Shown one piece after another: positions 8,293 to 16,708 of a stretch of DNA of 32,000 nt. Source of the DNA: an uncultured delta proteobacterium (lineage in GTDB: Bacteria; Myxococcota_A; Polyangia; Polyangiales; Polyangiaceae); contig CAWAIF010000003.1 of the NCBI GenBank assembly GCA_963782055.1, forward strand, positions 2,809,474 through 2,841,473, in the 5' to 3' direction. Made by a program: the position numbers and the translations under genes. The notes below the pieces were generated by a model. The model did not search any database, was not told the DNA's origin, and was given only the letters and a program-made list of their open reading frames with translations. Each line of letters starts with the position of its first letter. The stretch's first letter is position 1.

Positions 8293-8354
8293 GATTGCCC
8301 TTTAGCAGACCTCGGCGGGGCGCGGAAAGAACCGGCGCCTGCGCGGCAGGGGGG

Positions 8355-9002
8355 TCAGGCGGGGTGCTCCGAGGTGTGGCGGAGGTTCTCCAGCACGTAG
8401 CGCTCCACCAGCCGCGGCACGCTCAGCACCGCGGCGCGCAGGCGCTCCTCGTAGAAGGCGCGGACGATGCCGGGCCCGGGATCCACCAGCGCCCCGTAGG
8501 TGAGCAGCACGCGCGGCGCGCCGGAAGGGGAGGGCGCGAGCGGCTCGGCCCGGAAGAAGCCCCAGGCGTCGTCGATGGCGTGGGGGAAGGAGCGGTCGAG
8601 CCAGAAGCGGACGGTACTCTCGCGCGAGTACTTGCGCACCCGCAGCACATAGGACGCCGACATCACGCCGTTGCCCTGCTCCAGCTGGACGTAGGTGTCG
8701 TGGGTGGGGCCGGCGACGAGGCGCGCGTCGCGCGTGCGCGGCAAGAGCTGGCGGTAGGCGCTCGGATCGTCGAAGAGGCCGAGCACCTCCTCGACCGAGG
8801 CGTCGACGATGGTGTACGTGACGCCGCCCACGAACCGGCGCTCACCGTCCTCCACCGTCTGCTCGCGCGTGATCGTCTGGCCGGCCTGGAGGCGCGCCTG
8901 CTCGGCCGCCGTCAGGCCGTCTGCGCGCGCGGCGGACGGGGCGAGGCACGCGGCCGCGACCGCGAGCACCAGCCATCCTCTCCTCAGGCGCGTCAGCAGC
9001 AT
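8355..9002 (-). CDS. Secreted SRPBCC/START-like (lipid-binding fold) protein, tentative
   Basis: Signal peptide MLLTRLRRGWLVLAVAAACLAPSAARA/DG. The body (GGVTYTIVDASVEEVLGLFDDPSAYRQLLPRT.. YVQLEQGNGVMSASYVLRVRK.. FWLDRSFPHAIDDAWGFF) resembles polyketide-cyclase/START-like proteins. The assignment is by eye only. Confidence 0.5.
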   Translation of the reverse strand: MLLTRLRRGWLVLAVAAACLAPSAARADGLTAAEQARLQAGQTITREQTVEDGERRFVGGVTYTIVDASVEEVLGLFDDPSAYRQLLPRTRDARLVAGPTHDTYVQLEQGNGVMSASYVLRVRKYSRESTVRFWLDRSFPHAIDDAWGFFRAEPLAPSPSGAPRVLLTYGALVDPGPGIVRAFYEERLRAAVLSVPRLVERYVLENLRHTSEHPA

Positions 9003-9114
9003 GGCCCGCCCATGTTAGGAACGGCCTCCCGGCAGCGCAACCCAGCTCGGTCGCGAAGAACCTGCCCGGGGAGAGGACCTCCACGCGATCGGTCGGGTGG
9101 CTTCGGGGTGGCGC

Positions 9115-10062
9115 CTAGCGGATCGCGACGATCTGCACCTTCGGCCCCATGCTCACCGTCAGGGGCCCGCGGGTTTCGTGCAGATCGCCGTCGATCATGT
9201 AGCGCATCACGCCGTCCGCGCTGTGGATGGTCGCGCTCTCGGTGACGGCCTCGTAGGTCTTGCCTTCGCGCATCGGCGCGGCGCGCCAGATCCGCGGTAG
9301 ATCCCGCACGAAGCCCATGGGGCTCGTGTGGATGCCCAGCAGGTGGAAGTGCCCCGGCCGCTCGTCGAAGCGCCGGAACGGCCGGAAGTGCAGGCCTATC
9401 TGGTCGATGGTGCCGCCGGCGACCGCGAGGTAGTCGCGCTCCTCCCAGCGCGTGCCGTCGGGCAGCTCCACATGGCCGCGGAAGGGCGCGGCGATGCGCG
9501 AGACGACCTCCCCGCCGACGAGCGCGCTGCCCACACCGCTGAGCAGCGTGCGCGCGGCGACGAGCGGCGACGGCTCGCCGTTGCGGTAGTACTCCGCGAG
9601 GAAGCCGTAGACCGCGCCGGTGCCGAAGAGGAAGCCGTACGTCTGGCCGATGCGCATCACGTTGCGCTCGAGGTTCTCCAGGGGACGCGCGGCGCGCTCC
9701 ACGTACAGCCGGATGAGGCGGTCGAGCAGCGCCTCCGGCCGGCCGTGGCGGATGCCGATGGAGTTGGCCACCGTGTTCATGGTCCCGCCGCGCAGGAAGG
9801 CCACCTGGGGCAGCGCCTGGTTGCGGTAGACGTCGATGAAGCCGGTCAGCGTGACGTGGTTGGTCCCGTCGCCCCCGCCGATGCCGAGCACGTCGATGCC
9901 CAGGTGCTGGAAGTCCTCGGCGATGCGGTGCAGCTCCTCCAGCGAGCGGACCTCCCGCACGATCCCGTGGTCCCCCAGGGTGCGGGCGAGCCTCGTCGTG
10001 GCGCCAGGGTCGTGGCGGTTGCGACGGCTCTTCGGGTTGACGATGATGCCGATCCCGGACAT
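9115..10062 (-). CDS. Diacylglycerol-kinase catalytic-domain family lipid kinase (YegS/BmrU-like)
   Basis: MSGIGIIVNPKSRRN..., the nucleotide-binding GIGGGDGTNH motif, and GGTMNTVANS: the typical DAGK_cat / NAD-kinase-like fold signature. Confidence 0.75.
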   Translation of the reverse strand: MSGIGIIVNPKSRRNRHDPGATTRLARTLGDHGIVREVRSLEELHRIAEDFQHLGIDVLGIGGGDGTNHVTLTGFIDVYRNQALPQVAFLRGGTMNTVANSIGIRHGRPEALLDRLIRLYVERAARPLENLERNVMRIGQTYGFLFGTGAVYGFLAEYYRNGEPSPLVAARTLLSGVGSALVGGEVVSRIAAPFRGHVELPDGTRWEERDYLAVAGGTIDQIGLHFRPFRRFDERPGHFHLLGIHTSPMGFVRDLPRIWRAAPMREGKTYEAVTESATIHSADGVMRYMIDGDLHETRGPLTVSMGPKVQIVAIR

Positions 10063-10144
10063 TCGCCACGAGGGTGGCCGCGCGGGGGCCTCGCGTCAAC
10101 CGCGAGGGTTGCCAGCGGGCCGCTCAGGCACCACCCTGCCGTGG

Positions 10145-11062
10145 ATGCCCAGCGTGAAGGAGCAGGTGGAGTGCGCACACAAGGCTGCGCTTGTCGTGCC
10201 GCAACCGGACCGCGCGATCGTCGCGGTGACGGGCGGCGACAGGGCGAGCTGGCTCAACGGCGTGGTGACGTGCGACGTCGCCCGGCTACGCGCCGGAGAG
10301 GCGGCCTACGGCCTCGCCGTGACGCAGAAGGGACGCATCGTGGCGGACCTGCAGGTCTACGTCGACGAGGACAGGTTGCTGCTGGTGGTGCCCGCGTCCG
10401 CGCGCGAGGATCTGCTCGCCGCGTTCGAGCGCTACCTGGTGATGGAGGACGCCGAGCTCTCCGCGGTGCCGCTCCGCGCCTTCGCCGTGCACGGGCCCGC
10501 GTCGGCGACGGTGCTGGAGCGCGCGCGGGCCGCCGGCGCGCTGGGCGCCGCGCTCGACCTCACCGGCCTCGGCGGCGCGCTGGTGCTCGTCCCCGACGAT
10601 CGCGCCGACGCGGTCGCCGCGGCGATGGCGGACGCCGCGCGCGCGGCCGGCGGCGCCGTCGGCGACGACGCCGGCTGGGAGTCGCTGCGGCTGGAGCGCG
10701 GCGTGCCGCGCTACGGCAAGGACTTCGACGCGAGCACCTACCCTCAGGAGGCCTCGCTGGAGAAGCGCGCCGTCTCCTTCGACAAGGGCTGCTACCTCGG
10801 CCAGGAGGTGGTGTGCATGCTGGAGATGCGCGGCCACGTGAAGCGCAAGCTGGTGCCGGTGGTGCTCGAGGGCGCTTCGCCGGAGGCGGGCGCGGAGGTG
10901 ACCGACGTGGCGGGCGCGGTCGTCGGCAAGCTCACCAGCGTCGCCGCGGGCGCCACGGCCGACCAGGCCGTCGGCCTCGCCATGGTGAAGCTGGCGAGCG
11001 CCCAGCCGGGCACCGAGCTGCGCGTGGGCGCGATCGCCGCGCGCGTGACGCTCGTGCAGTGA
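10145..11062 (+). CDS. ygfZ: Folate-binding Fe-S cluster repair/assembly protein YgfZ (GcvT-like)
   Basis: ATG 10145. AIVAVTGGDRASWLNGVVTCDV.., the signature FDKGCYLGQEVV (KGCYxGQE), and a C-terminal beta-barrel. The upstream part of ORF 9836..11062 is shadow frame. Confidence 0.8.
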   Translation: MPSVKEQVECAHKAALVVPQPDRAIVAVTGGDRASWLNGVVTCDVARLRAGEAAYGLAVTQKGRIVADLQVYVDEDRLLLVVPASAREDLLAAFERYLVMEDAELSAVPLRAFAVHGPASATVLERARAAGALGAALDLTGLGGALVLVPDDRADAVAAAMADAARAAGGAVGDDAGWESLRLERGVPRYGKDFDASTYPQEASLEKRAVSFDKGCYLGQEVVCMLEMRGHVKRKLVPVVLEGASPEAGAEVTDVAGAVVGKLTSVAAGATADQAVGLAMVKLASAQPGTELRVGAIAARVTLVQ

Positions 11063-11068
11063 CTCCAG

Positions 11069-11926
11069 TCAGAGCTTGCGATCCAGCTTGTAGCGGTGGT
11101 GGCCGCTGTCGGTCTCGCCAAGCCGCGTGACCTTGAGCATCTCCAGCGCGATCTCGCGAATGCGCCCGTCCTTGTCGACCTTGAGGTGCAGGCGGTCGCC
11201 GTCGCTGCGCAGCACGTCGCAGCGGCCGAAGGCGAAGTGCTCCACCACGTCGCCGGCCTCGGGGAAGGGGCCATCCTCCTCCTCCTCGTGGCGAACCGGC
11301 GGGCGCGGCGGTATCAGCGCTCCCGCGGCGGGCGGCCCGGGGGCGCGCCGCGCGGCGTGGCGCGGCTCCGGCTGCGCGGCGCTCGCGGCGATGGCATCCC
11401 CCCACGCGGCGGGCGGCTCGGGGGAGCGGGCGGGCGCCGCCGCGCGCGGGGCGGGCGCCGCCGCGCGTGGGGCGCGCACCGCCGAAGCGTCGCCGAGCAT
11501 CATCACGCCGGCCCTGGGATCCATCGCGAGCGCGAGGGCGAGATCCTCCGAGGAGACGGCGTGCACCTCCAGGCCGACCACCCGCGCGTAGGCGAGCTCC
11601 CCGCTCCACGTCTCGGCGTTGCCGCCGTCGGTCTCGCGCGAGAGCACCACGCGCAGCGACACCGCGGGGGAGCCCTCGGCGAGGCCGACGGTGCCGTCCA
11701 TCGAGACCACGTGGAGCGCACCCTGCAGGCGCCGCATCGGTCCCAGGCCGCCTGCGGAAGGGGAGTAGACGCGGATGGCGACGTCCTCGATCACGCCGTG
11801 ACCGCGCAGCCACCCGGTGGCGACGGCCGCCTCGCGCAGGAGCGCCGTCAGCCCGTCAGGCAACGACTCGCCCTCGGCGACGCGAAAGTAGTGGTGCCGG
11901 GTCGTGTTGGAGGAGTGCGCGGTCAT
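11069..11926 (-). CDS. Hypothetical protein with an N-terminal PPC/DUF296-like domain, an Ala/Pro-rich linker and a small C-terminal beta domain
   Basis: ATG 11926 overlaps the stop of the upstream OMP gene (ATGA). The N-domain HHYFRVAEGESLPDGLTALLREAAVATGWLRGHGVIEDVAIRV...VSLRVVLSRETDGG..GELAYARVVGLEVHAV fits the PPC (DUF296) pattern. The linker contains a 21-bp tandem duplication. The C-terminus is GDVVEHFAFGRCDVLRSDGDRLHLKVDKDGRIREIAL. Confidence 0.5.
   Translation of the reverse strand: MTAHSSNTTRHHYFRVAEGESLPDGLTALLREAAVATGWLRGHGVIEDVAIRVYSPSAGGLGPMRRLQGALHVVSMDGTVGLAEGSPAVSLRVVLSRETDGGNAETWSGELAYARVVGLEVHAVSSEDLALALAMDPRAGVMMLGDASAVRAPRAAAPAPRAAAPARSPEPPAAWGDAIAASAAQPEPRHAARRAPGPPAAGALIPPRPPVRHEEEEDGPFPEAGDVVEHFAFGRCDVLRSDGDRLHLKVDKDGRIREIALEMLKVTRLGETDSGHHRYKLDRKL
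11428..11469. repeat. 21-bp tandem duplication (2 copies, 1 mismatch) inside the PPC-like gene linker
   Basis: GGGCGGGCGCCGCCGCGCG[C/T]G x2, in frame, encoding APRAAAP twice. Confidence 0.8.
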
Positions 11927-13110
11927 GTGGGCCCGCCCGTCAGGTTCAGGACAGGCGGCGGTCTCGCGGGCACCGGGCACCCGGGGCCCGCCGGCGACGA
12001 CGACGGACCCGCCTCGGTGGGGCAGCGGTCCTGCGCGTCCAGCACGCCGTCCTTGTCGGTGTCGCGGCCCAGCGGCGCGAAGACCAGGCCGAGCACGAAG
12101 CGGAAGCGCGGGGTCGTGACCGGGGCCGTGCTGGAGAGCGGCAGCCAGCCGCCGCCCCCGAGCTGCAGCGCCAGATCGCCGCCGAGGAGCGGCGCGCTGC
12201 GCACCGAGAGCATCCACTCCGCGGGCGCGATGAACTGTCCGTTGGGCGTGCTCACCAGGCCGCTGCCTGTCTGCGAGACCGTCGCCTGCTCCTCCAGCAC
12301 CGGCAGCGCGCGCGCCTCCGCGGTGACGCTCAGCAGCTCGTGGTCCAGGATGTCATAGCCCACGCCGAGCGCGGCCGTCATCTGGGTGCCGATGCGCGCG
12401 CCGAGGAGCTCGGCGACCGGTCGCACGCGCAGGCCCAGCTCCGCGCCGGCGAACCAGCGGCCGTGGCGGAAGTCCGCCGCGACGGAGGGGATGTAGACGC
12501 CGGTGCGTTCGGAGGCGAAGGAGCCCTGGTCGCCCGTGGGCGCGCTCATCTCGAAGCGGGCGGTGAGCGACCACCAGTTGCCCTGCAGCAGCGCGCCGTT
12601 GGTGTGCGGATCGCGCCGCTCGCGCGGGACGATGGCGTAGGCCGCGCCGAAGCGCATGTCGCCGCTGGCGGTGGTGGAGAGGCTGTCACCGCCGGTGATC
12701 GGGCTGACGCCGGAGCCATCCTGGAAGATGACGGCGGGGAGCACCAGGTCCAGCTCGAGCCGCCGGGTGAGCCCGTAGGCGAAGAGGAAGGAGCTGGACA
12801 CCTGGTTGTCCACGGCGGTGCGGTCGCTGCCGTCCGGGCCGGGCGACGGCAGGTGAAGGACGACGGGCCGCGACTGGTACGCGGTGATCAGTCCGAAGGA
12901 CACCCGCCCCTGGGCCACCGTCTCGGTGCCTCCGACCGAGAGGAAGCGCGCGGGCCCCGCGTGCGGCCAGAACGTGTTGGCGTCGATGCACGGGTTGACG
13001 AGCGGATTCTGGCAGTCGGCCGCCATCACCGGGGAGGAGGCGAGACACGCCGCGGCGGCCGCGATGGAGGCGACGAGGGCGGAGCGCCGCAGGGCCGGAA
13101 CGGGCGGCAT
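11923..13110 (-). CDS. Outer-membrane beta-barrel-like protein ending in a single thrombospondin-type-3 (OmpA-family-style) Asp repeat, without an OmpA C-terminal domain
   Basis: ATG 13110 with signal peptide MPPVPALRRSALVASIAAAAACLASSPVMA/AD. The body shows alternating beta-strand patterns. The C-terminus DTDKDGVLDAQDRCP..GPGCP is the Ca-binding TSP3 linker that in OmpA-family proteins normally precedes the peptidoglycan-binding domain, but here the ORF stops about 15 aa later. Confidence 0.6.
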   Translation of the reverse strand: MPPVPALRRSALVASIAAAAACLASSPVMAADCQNPLVNPCIDANTFWPHAGPARFLSVGGTETVAQGRVSFGLITAYQSRPVVLHLPSPGPDGSDRTAVDNQVSSSFLFAYGLTRRLELDLVLPAVIFQDGSGVSPITGGDSLSTTASGDMRFGAAYAIVPRERRDPHTNGALLQGNWWSLTARFEMSAPTGDQGSFASERTGVYIPSVAADFRHGRWFAGAELGLRVRPVAELLGARIGTQMTAALGVGYDILDHELLSVTAEARALPVLEEQATVSQTGSGLVSTPNGQFIAPAEWMLSVRSAPLLGGDLALQLGGGGWLPLSSTAPVTTPRFRFVLGLVFAPLGRDTDKDGVLDAQDRCPTEAGPSSSPAGPGCPVPARPPPVLNLTGGPT

Positions 13111-13191
13111 GGGGCGACAAGCTACTCGGCCAGGACCGCCCTGGGAAGGGCTGGCGGCGGGGGACCCGAAGCGTGGTAAAAGGCGCTCGCG

Positions 13192-13800
13192 ATGCCCCCC
13201 ATCTCCGAAGCGCACCCTCTCGTGCTCGGCAGCGCCTCCCCGCGCCGCCGGGACCTCCTGACGCTCGCCGGCGTGGCTCACGTGGTCTTCGCGGTGCCGG
13301 TGGACGAGACGCCCCGCGCGGGCGAGCCCGCCGCCGACTACGTCGCGCGCGTCGCGAAGGTGAAGCTGGAGGCCGTGTGGGACGGCCTGCCCGAGCAGCT
13401 GGCCCGCATCGGTCACTGCGTGCTCTGCGCGGACACCTCGGTGGTGCTCGACGACAAGGTCCTCGGCAAGCCGCAGACCGGCGAGGAGGGCGCGAGCATG
13501 CTGCGTGCCCTCTCCGACCGCGAGCACGAGGTGATGACCGCCTTCGTCGTCGGCAGCATCGCCGACAGGGTCCTGCTCCACCTGGAGGTGGTCACGACAC
13601 GCGTCGTCTTCCGCGCCGTGCGCGAGCGCGAGCTGCGCGCCTACGTCGCCTCCGGGGAGGGGCGCGACAAGGCGGGCGGCTACGCCATCCAGGGGCGCGC
13701 CGGGGCGATGGTAAGGCGCATCGAGGGCTCACCCACCAACGTCATCGGCCTGCCCACGTGCGAGGTGGTCAGCGCCCTCGAGGGTCTGAGGCTCCTTTGA
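13192..13800 (+). CDS. maf: Maf-like nucleoside-triphosphate pyrophosphatase (septum formation protein Maf)
   Basis: LVLGSASPRRRDLL, ADTSVVLDDKVLGKP, KAGGYAIQG and NVIGLP are classic Maf motifs. Confidence 0.85.
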   Translation: MPPISEAHPLVLGSASPRRRDLLTLAGVAHVVFAVPVDETPRAGEPAADYVARVAKVKLEAVWDGLPEQLARIGHCVLCADTSVVLDDKVLGKPQTGEEGASMLRALSDREHEVMTAFVVGSIADRVLLHLEVVTTRVVFRAVRERELRAYVASGEGRDKAGGYAIQGRAGAMVRRIEGSPTNVIGLPTCEVVSALEGLRLL

Positions 13801-15245
13801 CGGAGGCGGCCGCGGCGGCCTCGCGACTGGTTCGCACGGCGCCGCGAGCGGATGCGCGGCTGGGCACCACCACGGCGCTCGCCGCCTTCGCCCTGGTCGC
13901 GCGCGGGGTCGTGGTGGCGTGGGCGGCTGGCCGCTTCCCGCCGGCCGCCGACGGGCACTACTACCACGTGCTCGCCTCCCGTCTGGCGATGGGCGCGGGC
14001 TACACGTGGGCGTGGCCCGACGGCTCGGTCACCTACGCCGCGCACTACCCCGTCGGCTACCCGGCGATGCTCGCCGCCCTCTACGCCGTCTTCGGCGCGC
14101 ATCCGGTCCTCGGGATGATCCTCAACGCGCTGCTCGGCGCCGCAGGCGTCGCCGCCGCGCACCGGGTGATGCTCCGTGTGGCGCCGCCGCGCGCGGCGCT
14201 CGTGGCGGGCGTCGTGTCCGCGCTCCACCCCGCGCTCCTGCTCTACACGCCCGCGCTGATGACCGAGGGGGTCACCGCGTCGCTCCTGCTCGTCGCCCTC
14301 GCGCTGGCGCCGCGTCCGGGCGCGCGCGCGTGGCCGCGCTGGGTGGCCGGCGGCGCGGTGATGGGCGTGGCGACGCTGGTGCGGCCGCAGTGCATCCTCG
14401 TCGCCCCGGGCCTGGGCTTCGTCTACGCGATGGCGGGCGGGCTCGGCGTGCGCGCGCGCTTCGCGCTCGCGGCGGGCCTGACGGCCATGGCGCTCGCGGT
14501 GTGCGCGCCGTGGACCGCGCGCAACTGCGCCCGCATGCACCGCTGCGCGCTGGTGAGCGTCAACGGCGGGTGGAACCTGCTCATCGGCGCGCAGACCGAC
14601 AGCGGCGCGTGGTCGGAGATCGTCGTCCCCGACGGCTGCAAGACGGTGTGGGACGAGGCGGGCAAGGACACCTGCTTCGAGCGCGCGGCGCGCGCGTCCA
14701 TCCTGGCGCACCCGCTGGCGTGGATGGCCCGCGCGCCGGCGAAGCTGGCGGTGACCTTCGACTACTTCGGCGCCGCCCCGTGGTACCTGCACGAGTCCGG
14801 CCCCGCGGCCTTCTCCGAGCGCGCCAAGGTGGCGCTGGGCACGGTCGAGACGATCGTCTCCCGCCTCCTGCTCTTGCTGGCGCTCGCCCTCGGCGTCCCG
14901 TGGCGCGGCCGCACGCTGCGCCAGCGCGGGGCGCTCGCCGCCGGCGCCGCGGGGATCGTCTTCGCCGTCGGCCGCACGGCGTGGCCCTCCTACGGCCTGC
15001 TCGCCCTGCTGCTCGTGCTCGCTCCCCGCGACAAGCTGCTCTCGCCGTTCGTCGCGTACTTCCTCGCCGCGACCATGGCGACGCACGCCGTCTTCTTCGG
15101 CGCCGGGCGCTACGGCCTGGTCGTGGTGCCCTTCGTCACCCTCCTCGCCTTCGTCCGGCTGCGGGCCAGGGCGCCGGGCGGCGAGGGGGCTTGCGTCAGC
15201 GACGCCCCGGTGCCACCGTCGGTGGTGTCGACGCCCGGCAGGTGA
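13797..15245 (+). CDS. Polytopic membrane glycosyltransferase, GT39/ArnT (PMT_2)-like
   Basis: About 482 aa with 10 or more hydrophobic helices. The N-terminal loop AADGHYYHVLASRLAMGAGYTW..YAAHYPVGYPAMLA is typical of ArnT/PMT_2-type transferases. The only in-frame start upstream of the first TM helix is TTG 13797, which overlaps the maf stop (TTGA), so the start is uncertain. Stop is TGA 15243-15245. Confidence 0.6.
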   Translation: MTEAAAAASRLVRTAPRADARLGTTTALAAFALVARGVVVAWAAGRFPPAADGHYYHVLASRLAMGAGYTWAWPDGSVTYAAHYPVGYPAMLAALYAVFGAHPVLGMILNALLGAAGVAAAHRVMLRVAPPRAALVAGVVSALHPALLLYTPALMTEGVTASLLLVALALAPRPGARAWPRWVAGGAVMGVATLVRPQCILVAPGLGFVYAMAGGLGVRARFALAAGLTAMALAVCAPWTARNCARMHRCALVSVNGGWNLLIGAQTDSGAWSEIVVPDGCKTVWDEAGKDTCFERAARASILAHPLAWMARAPAKLAVTFDYFGAAPWYLHESGPAAFSERAKVALGTVETIVSRLLLLLALALGVPWRGRTLRQRGALAAGAAGIVFAVGRTAWPSYGLLALLLVLAPRDKLLSPFVAYFLAATMATHAVFFGAGRYGLVVVPFVTLLAFVRLRARAPGGEGACVSDAPVPPSVVSTPGR

Positions 15246-15623
15246 TCGCCGGTCGGAGGCGCAAGCCGATGACGGGAGGAAAGTCCGAGCTCCAGAGGGT
15301 ACGGTGCCGGGTAACGCCCGGTGGCGGAGACGCCGAGGAAAGTGCCACAGAAAACAGACCTCCTCTCTCCGGAGAGGGAAGGGTGAAAAGGCGGGGTAAG
15401 AGCCCACCGCGTGCGTGGTGACACGCACGGCACGGCAAACCCCACCAGGAGCAAGGCCGCGTAGGCAGGCGATGCGCTCGCGAGAGCGCGGGAGGGCGAC
15501 CCGCCCGAGCCTGCGGGTAGGCTGCTCGAGGCGGCTGGCAACAGCCGTCCTAGAGGAATGATCACCGCCGCGCGAAGGGTGACCGACGCGCGGAACAGAA
15601 CTCGGCTTACGCCGGACGTCGAC
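15227..15623 (+). ncRNA. rnpB: RNase P RNA, bacterial type A
   Basis: All universal blocks are present in order:
- GGAGGAAAGTCCGAGCTCC
- GGTGCCGGGTAACGCCCGG
- GAAAGTGCCACAGAAAA
- GGGTGAAAAGGCGGGGTAAGAGCCCACCG
- GCAAACCCCACCAGGAGCAAGG
- GGGTAGGCTGCTCGAGG
- ACAGAACTCGGCTTAC
P1 can form between GTCGACGCCCGGC (15227-15239) and GCCGGACGTCGAC (15611-15623) with one mismatch. P2 pairs GTGATC with GATCAC. The ends are accurate to within a few nt. Confidence 0.9.
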
Positions 15624-15628
15624 CCGCT

Positions 15629-15665
15629 CGCCCGTGCCGCAAGGCGCGGGCGGGCGCGTTTTGTG
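15629..15665 (+). terminator. Hairpin with GCAA tetraloop plus T tract immediately after rnpB
   Basis: CGCCCGTGCC-GCAA-GGCGCGGGCG forms a 10-bp stem (one G-U pair), followed by GGCGCG TTTTGTG. It lies between the convergent rnpB and marR-family genes. The T tract is a few nt removed from the stem. Confidence 0.45.
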
Positions 15666-15671
15666 GGCTCG

Positions 15672-16121
15672 CTACTTGTTCTTGCGTGGCCGGGCGGCCT
15701 CGCGCAGGCGCTCCAGCGCCTTGTTCATCGCCACCACGTCCTTGGAGGGGACGGAGGCCAGCAGCTTCGCCTCGAAGGCGTCCCGCCGGCGCACGACCTG
15801 GTCGGCCAGCTTGCGTCCCTGCGTGGTGAGCGAGACGAGCGTGAAGCGGTGGTCGTCGGGGGCCGCCCGCCGCGCCACCAGGCCCTCGGTCTCCAGCTGC
15901 TTGACCTGGCGCGTGATGGCGGCGCCGTCGACGTTGAGCCGCTGCTGCAAGGTGGACTGCGAGAGCTCTTCCTTCTGCCGGAGGTGGGAGAGCAGGGCGA
16001 GGCGGGCCTGGCTCATCCCCGCCTCCCTCTCGAACGCGGAGGCCACCTCGTGGTAGGCGCGCGCGATGAGCTGCATGAACGACTCCCCGCCTCCATCCTT
16101 GCCCTTGTTCGGCTTCGCCAT
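15672..16121 (-). CDS. MarR-family transcriptional regulator
   Basis: ATG 16121 (MAKPNKGKDGG..). Winged-helix core: MSQARLALLSHLRQKEELSQSTLQQRLNVDGAAITRQVKQLETEGLVARRAAPDDHRFTLVSLTTQGRKL. Confidence 0.8.
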   Translation of the reverse strand: MAKPNKGKDGGGESFMQLIARAYHEVASAFEREAGMSQARLALLSHLRQKEELSQSTLQQRLNVDGAAITRQVKQLETEGLVARRAAPDDHRFTLVSLTTQGRKLADQVVRRRDAFEAKLLASVPSKDVVAMNKALERLREAARPRKNK

Positions 16122-16242
16122 CCAGAGCCCCTTCCGGCGCTGAGCAGCCACTGGGAACCACTCAGATCCAACGCCGAAGAATCGGCGCATCAGCCACGGA
16201 AAGCAAGACTCAAGGCTCGCCTGCCACACTGCCCCGCGAGGC

Positions 16243-16281
16243 AAAATGCGAAAAACGCCCGGCCGAACGAACGACCGGGCG
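16243..16281 (-). terminator. Rho-independent terminator of erpA
   Basis: On the minus strand the sequence reads CGCCCGG-(12-nt loop)-CCGGGCG followed directly by TTTTTCGCATTTTG. It lies 24 nt downstream of the erpA stop. Confidence 0.65.
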
Positions 16282-16305
16282 CAGGGTTTGGGTTGGAGGA
16301 TCGGC

Positions 16306-16632
16306 TCAGACGGAGAAGGACGAGCCGCAGCCGCAGGAGCCCTTCACGTTCGGGTTGTTGAACTTGAAGCCCGAGCCGTGCAGGCCCTCGACGTAATCGA
16401 TCTCCGTCTCTTCCAGGTACTGGTGGCTCAGCGGGTCGACGTAGAGCTTCACGCCGTTCGACTCGTAGGTCTCGTCCATCTCGCCGATGTTGTCCTCGAA
16501 GTAGAGGTCGTAGGTGAACCCGGCGCAGCCGCCGCCGATGACCCGGAGGCGAAGGCCCTGGCCCTCCAGATTCTCGGTCGCGGCGATCTCCTTGACCTTG
16601 TTGGCGGCTTTCTCGGTGATGCTGATGGTCAT
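16306..16632 (-). CDS. erpA: Iron-sulfur cluster insertion protein (A-type carrier, HesB/IscA/ErpA family)
   Basis: MTISITEKAANKVKEI..GLRLRVIGGGCAGFTYDL..DPLS..YL..IDYV....GSGFKFNNPN....CGCGSSF: the full ErpA/IscA signature, including the C-terminal CGCG. SD AAGGAGA lies upstream. Confidence 0.9.
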   Translation of the reverse strand: MTISITEKAANKVKEIAATENLEGQGLRLRVIGGGCAGFTYDLYFEDNIGEMDETYESNGVKLYVDPLSHQYLEETEIDYVEGLHGSGFKFNNPNVKGSCGCGSSFSV

Positions 16633-16655
16633 CGGCTAGGTCTCCTTGCAACGGC

Positions 16656-16684
16656 AGTATAAGTTCGCCCGGCCGCGATTGCCA
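16656..16684 (-). promoter_or_regulatory. Candidate sigma70-like promoter of erpA (-35 TGGCAA, 17-nt spacer, -10 TATACT)
   Basis: The minus strand reads CTGGCAATCGCGGCCGGGCGAACTTATACTGCCGTTGCAAGGAGACCTAGCCGATG. The TATACT hexamer is conspicuous in GC-rich DNA. Confidence 0.35.
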
Positions 16685-16708
16685 GGGCCGGTGGTCGGCG
16701 GGATCCTC

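Noticed and set aside
15110-15565. Minus-strand ORFs (151 aa and 80 aa) and plus-strand ORF tails crossing 15245-15620.
   Set aside because: The region is fully explained by a canonical type-A RNase P RNA. The ORF products are low-complexity and have no start signals.
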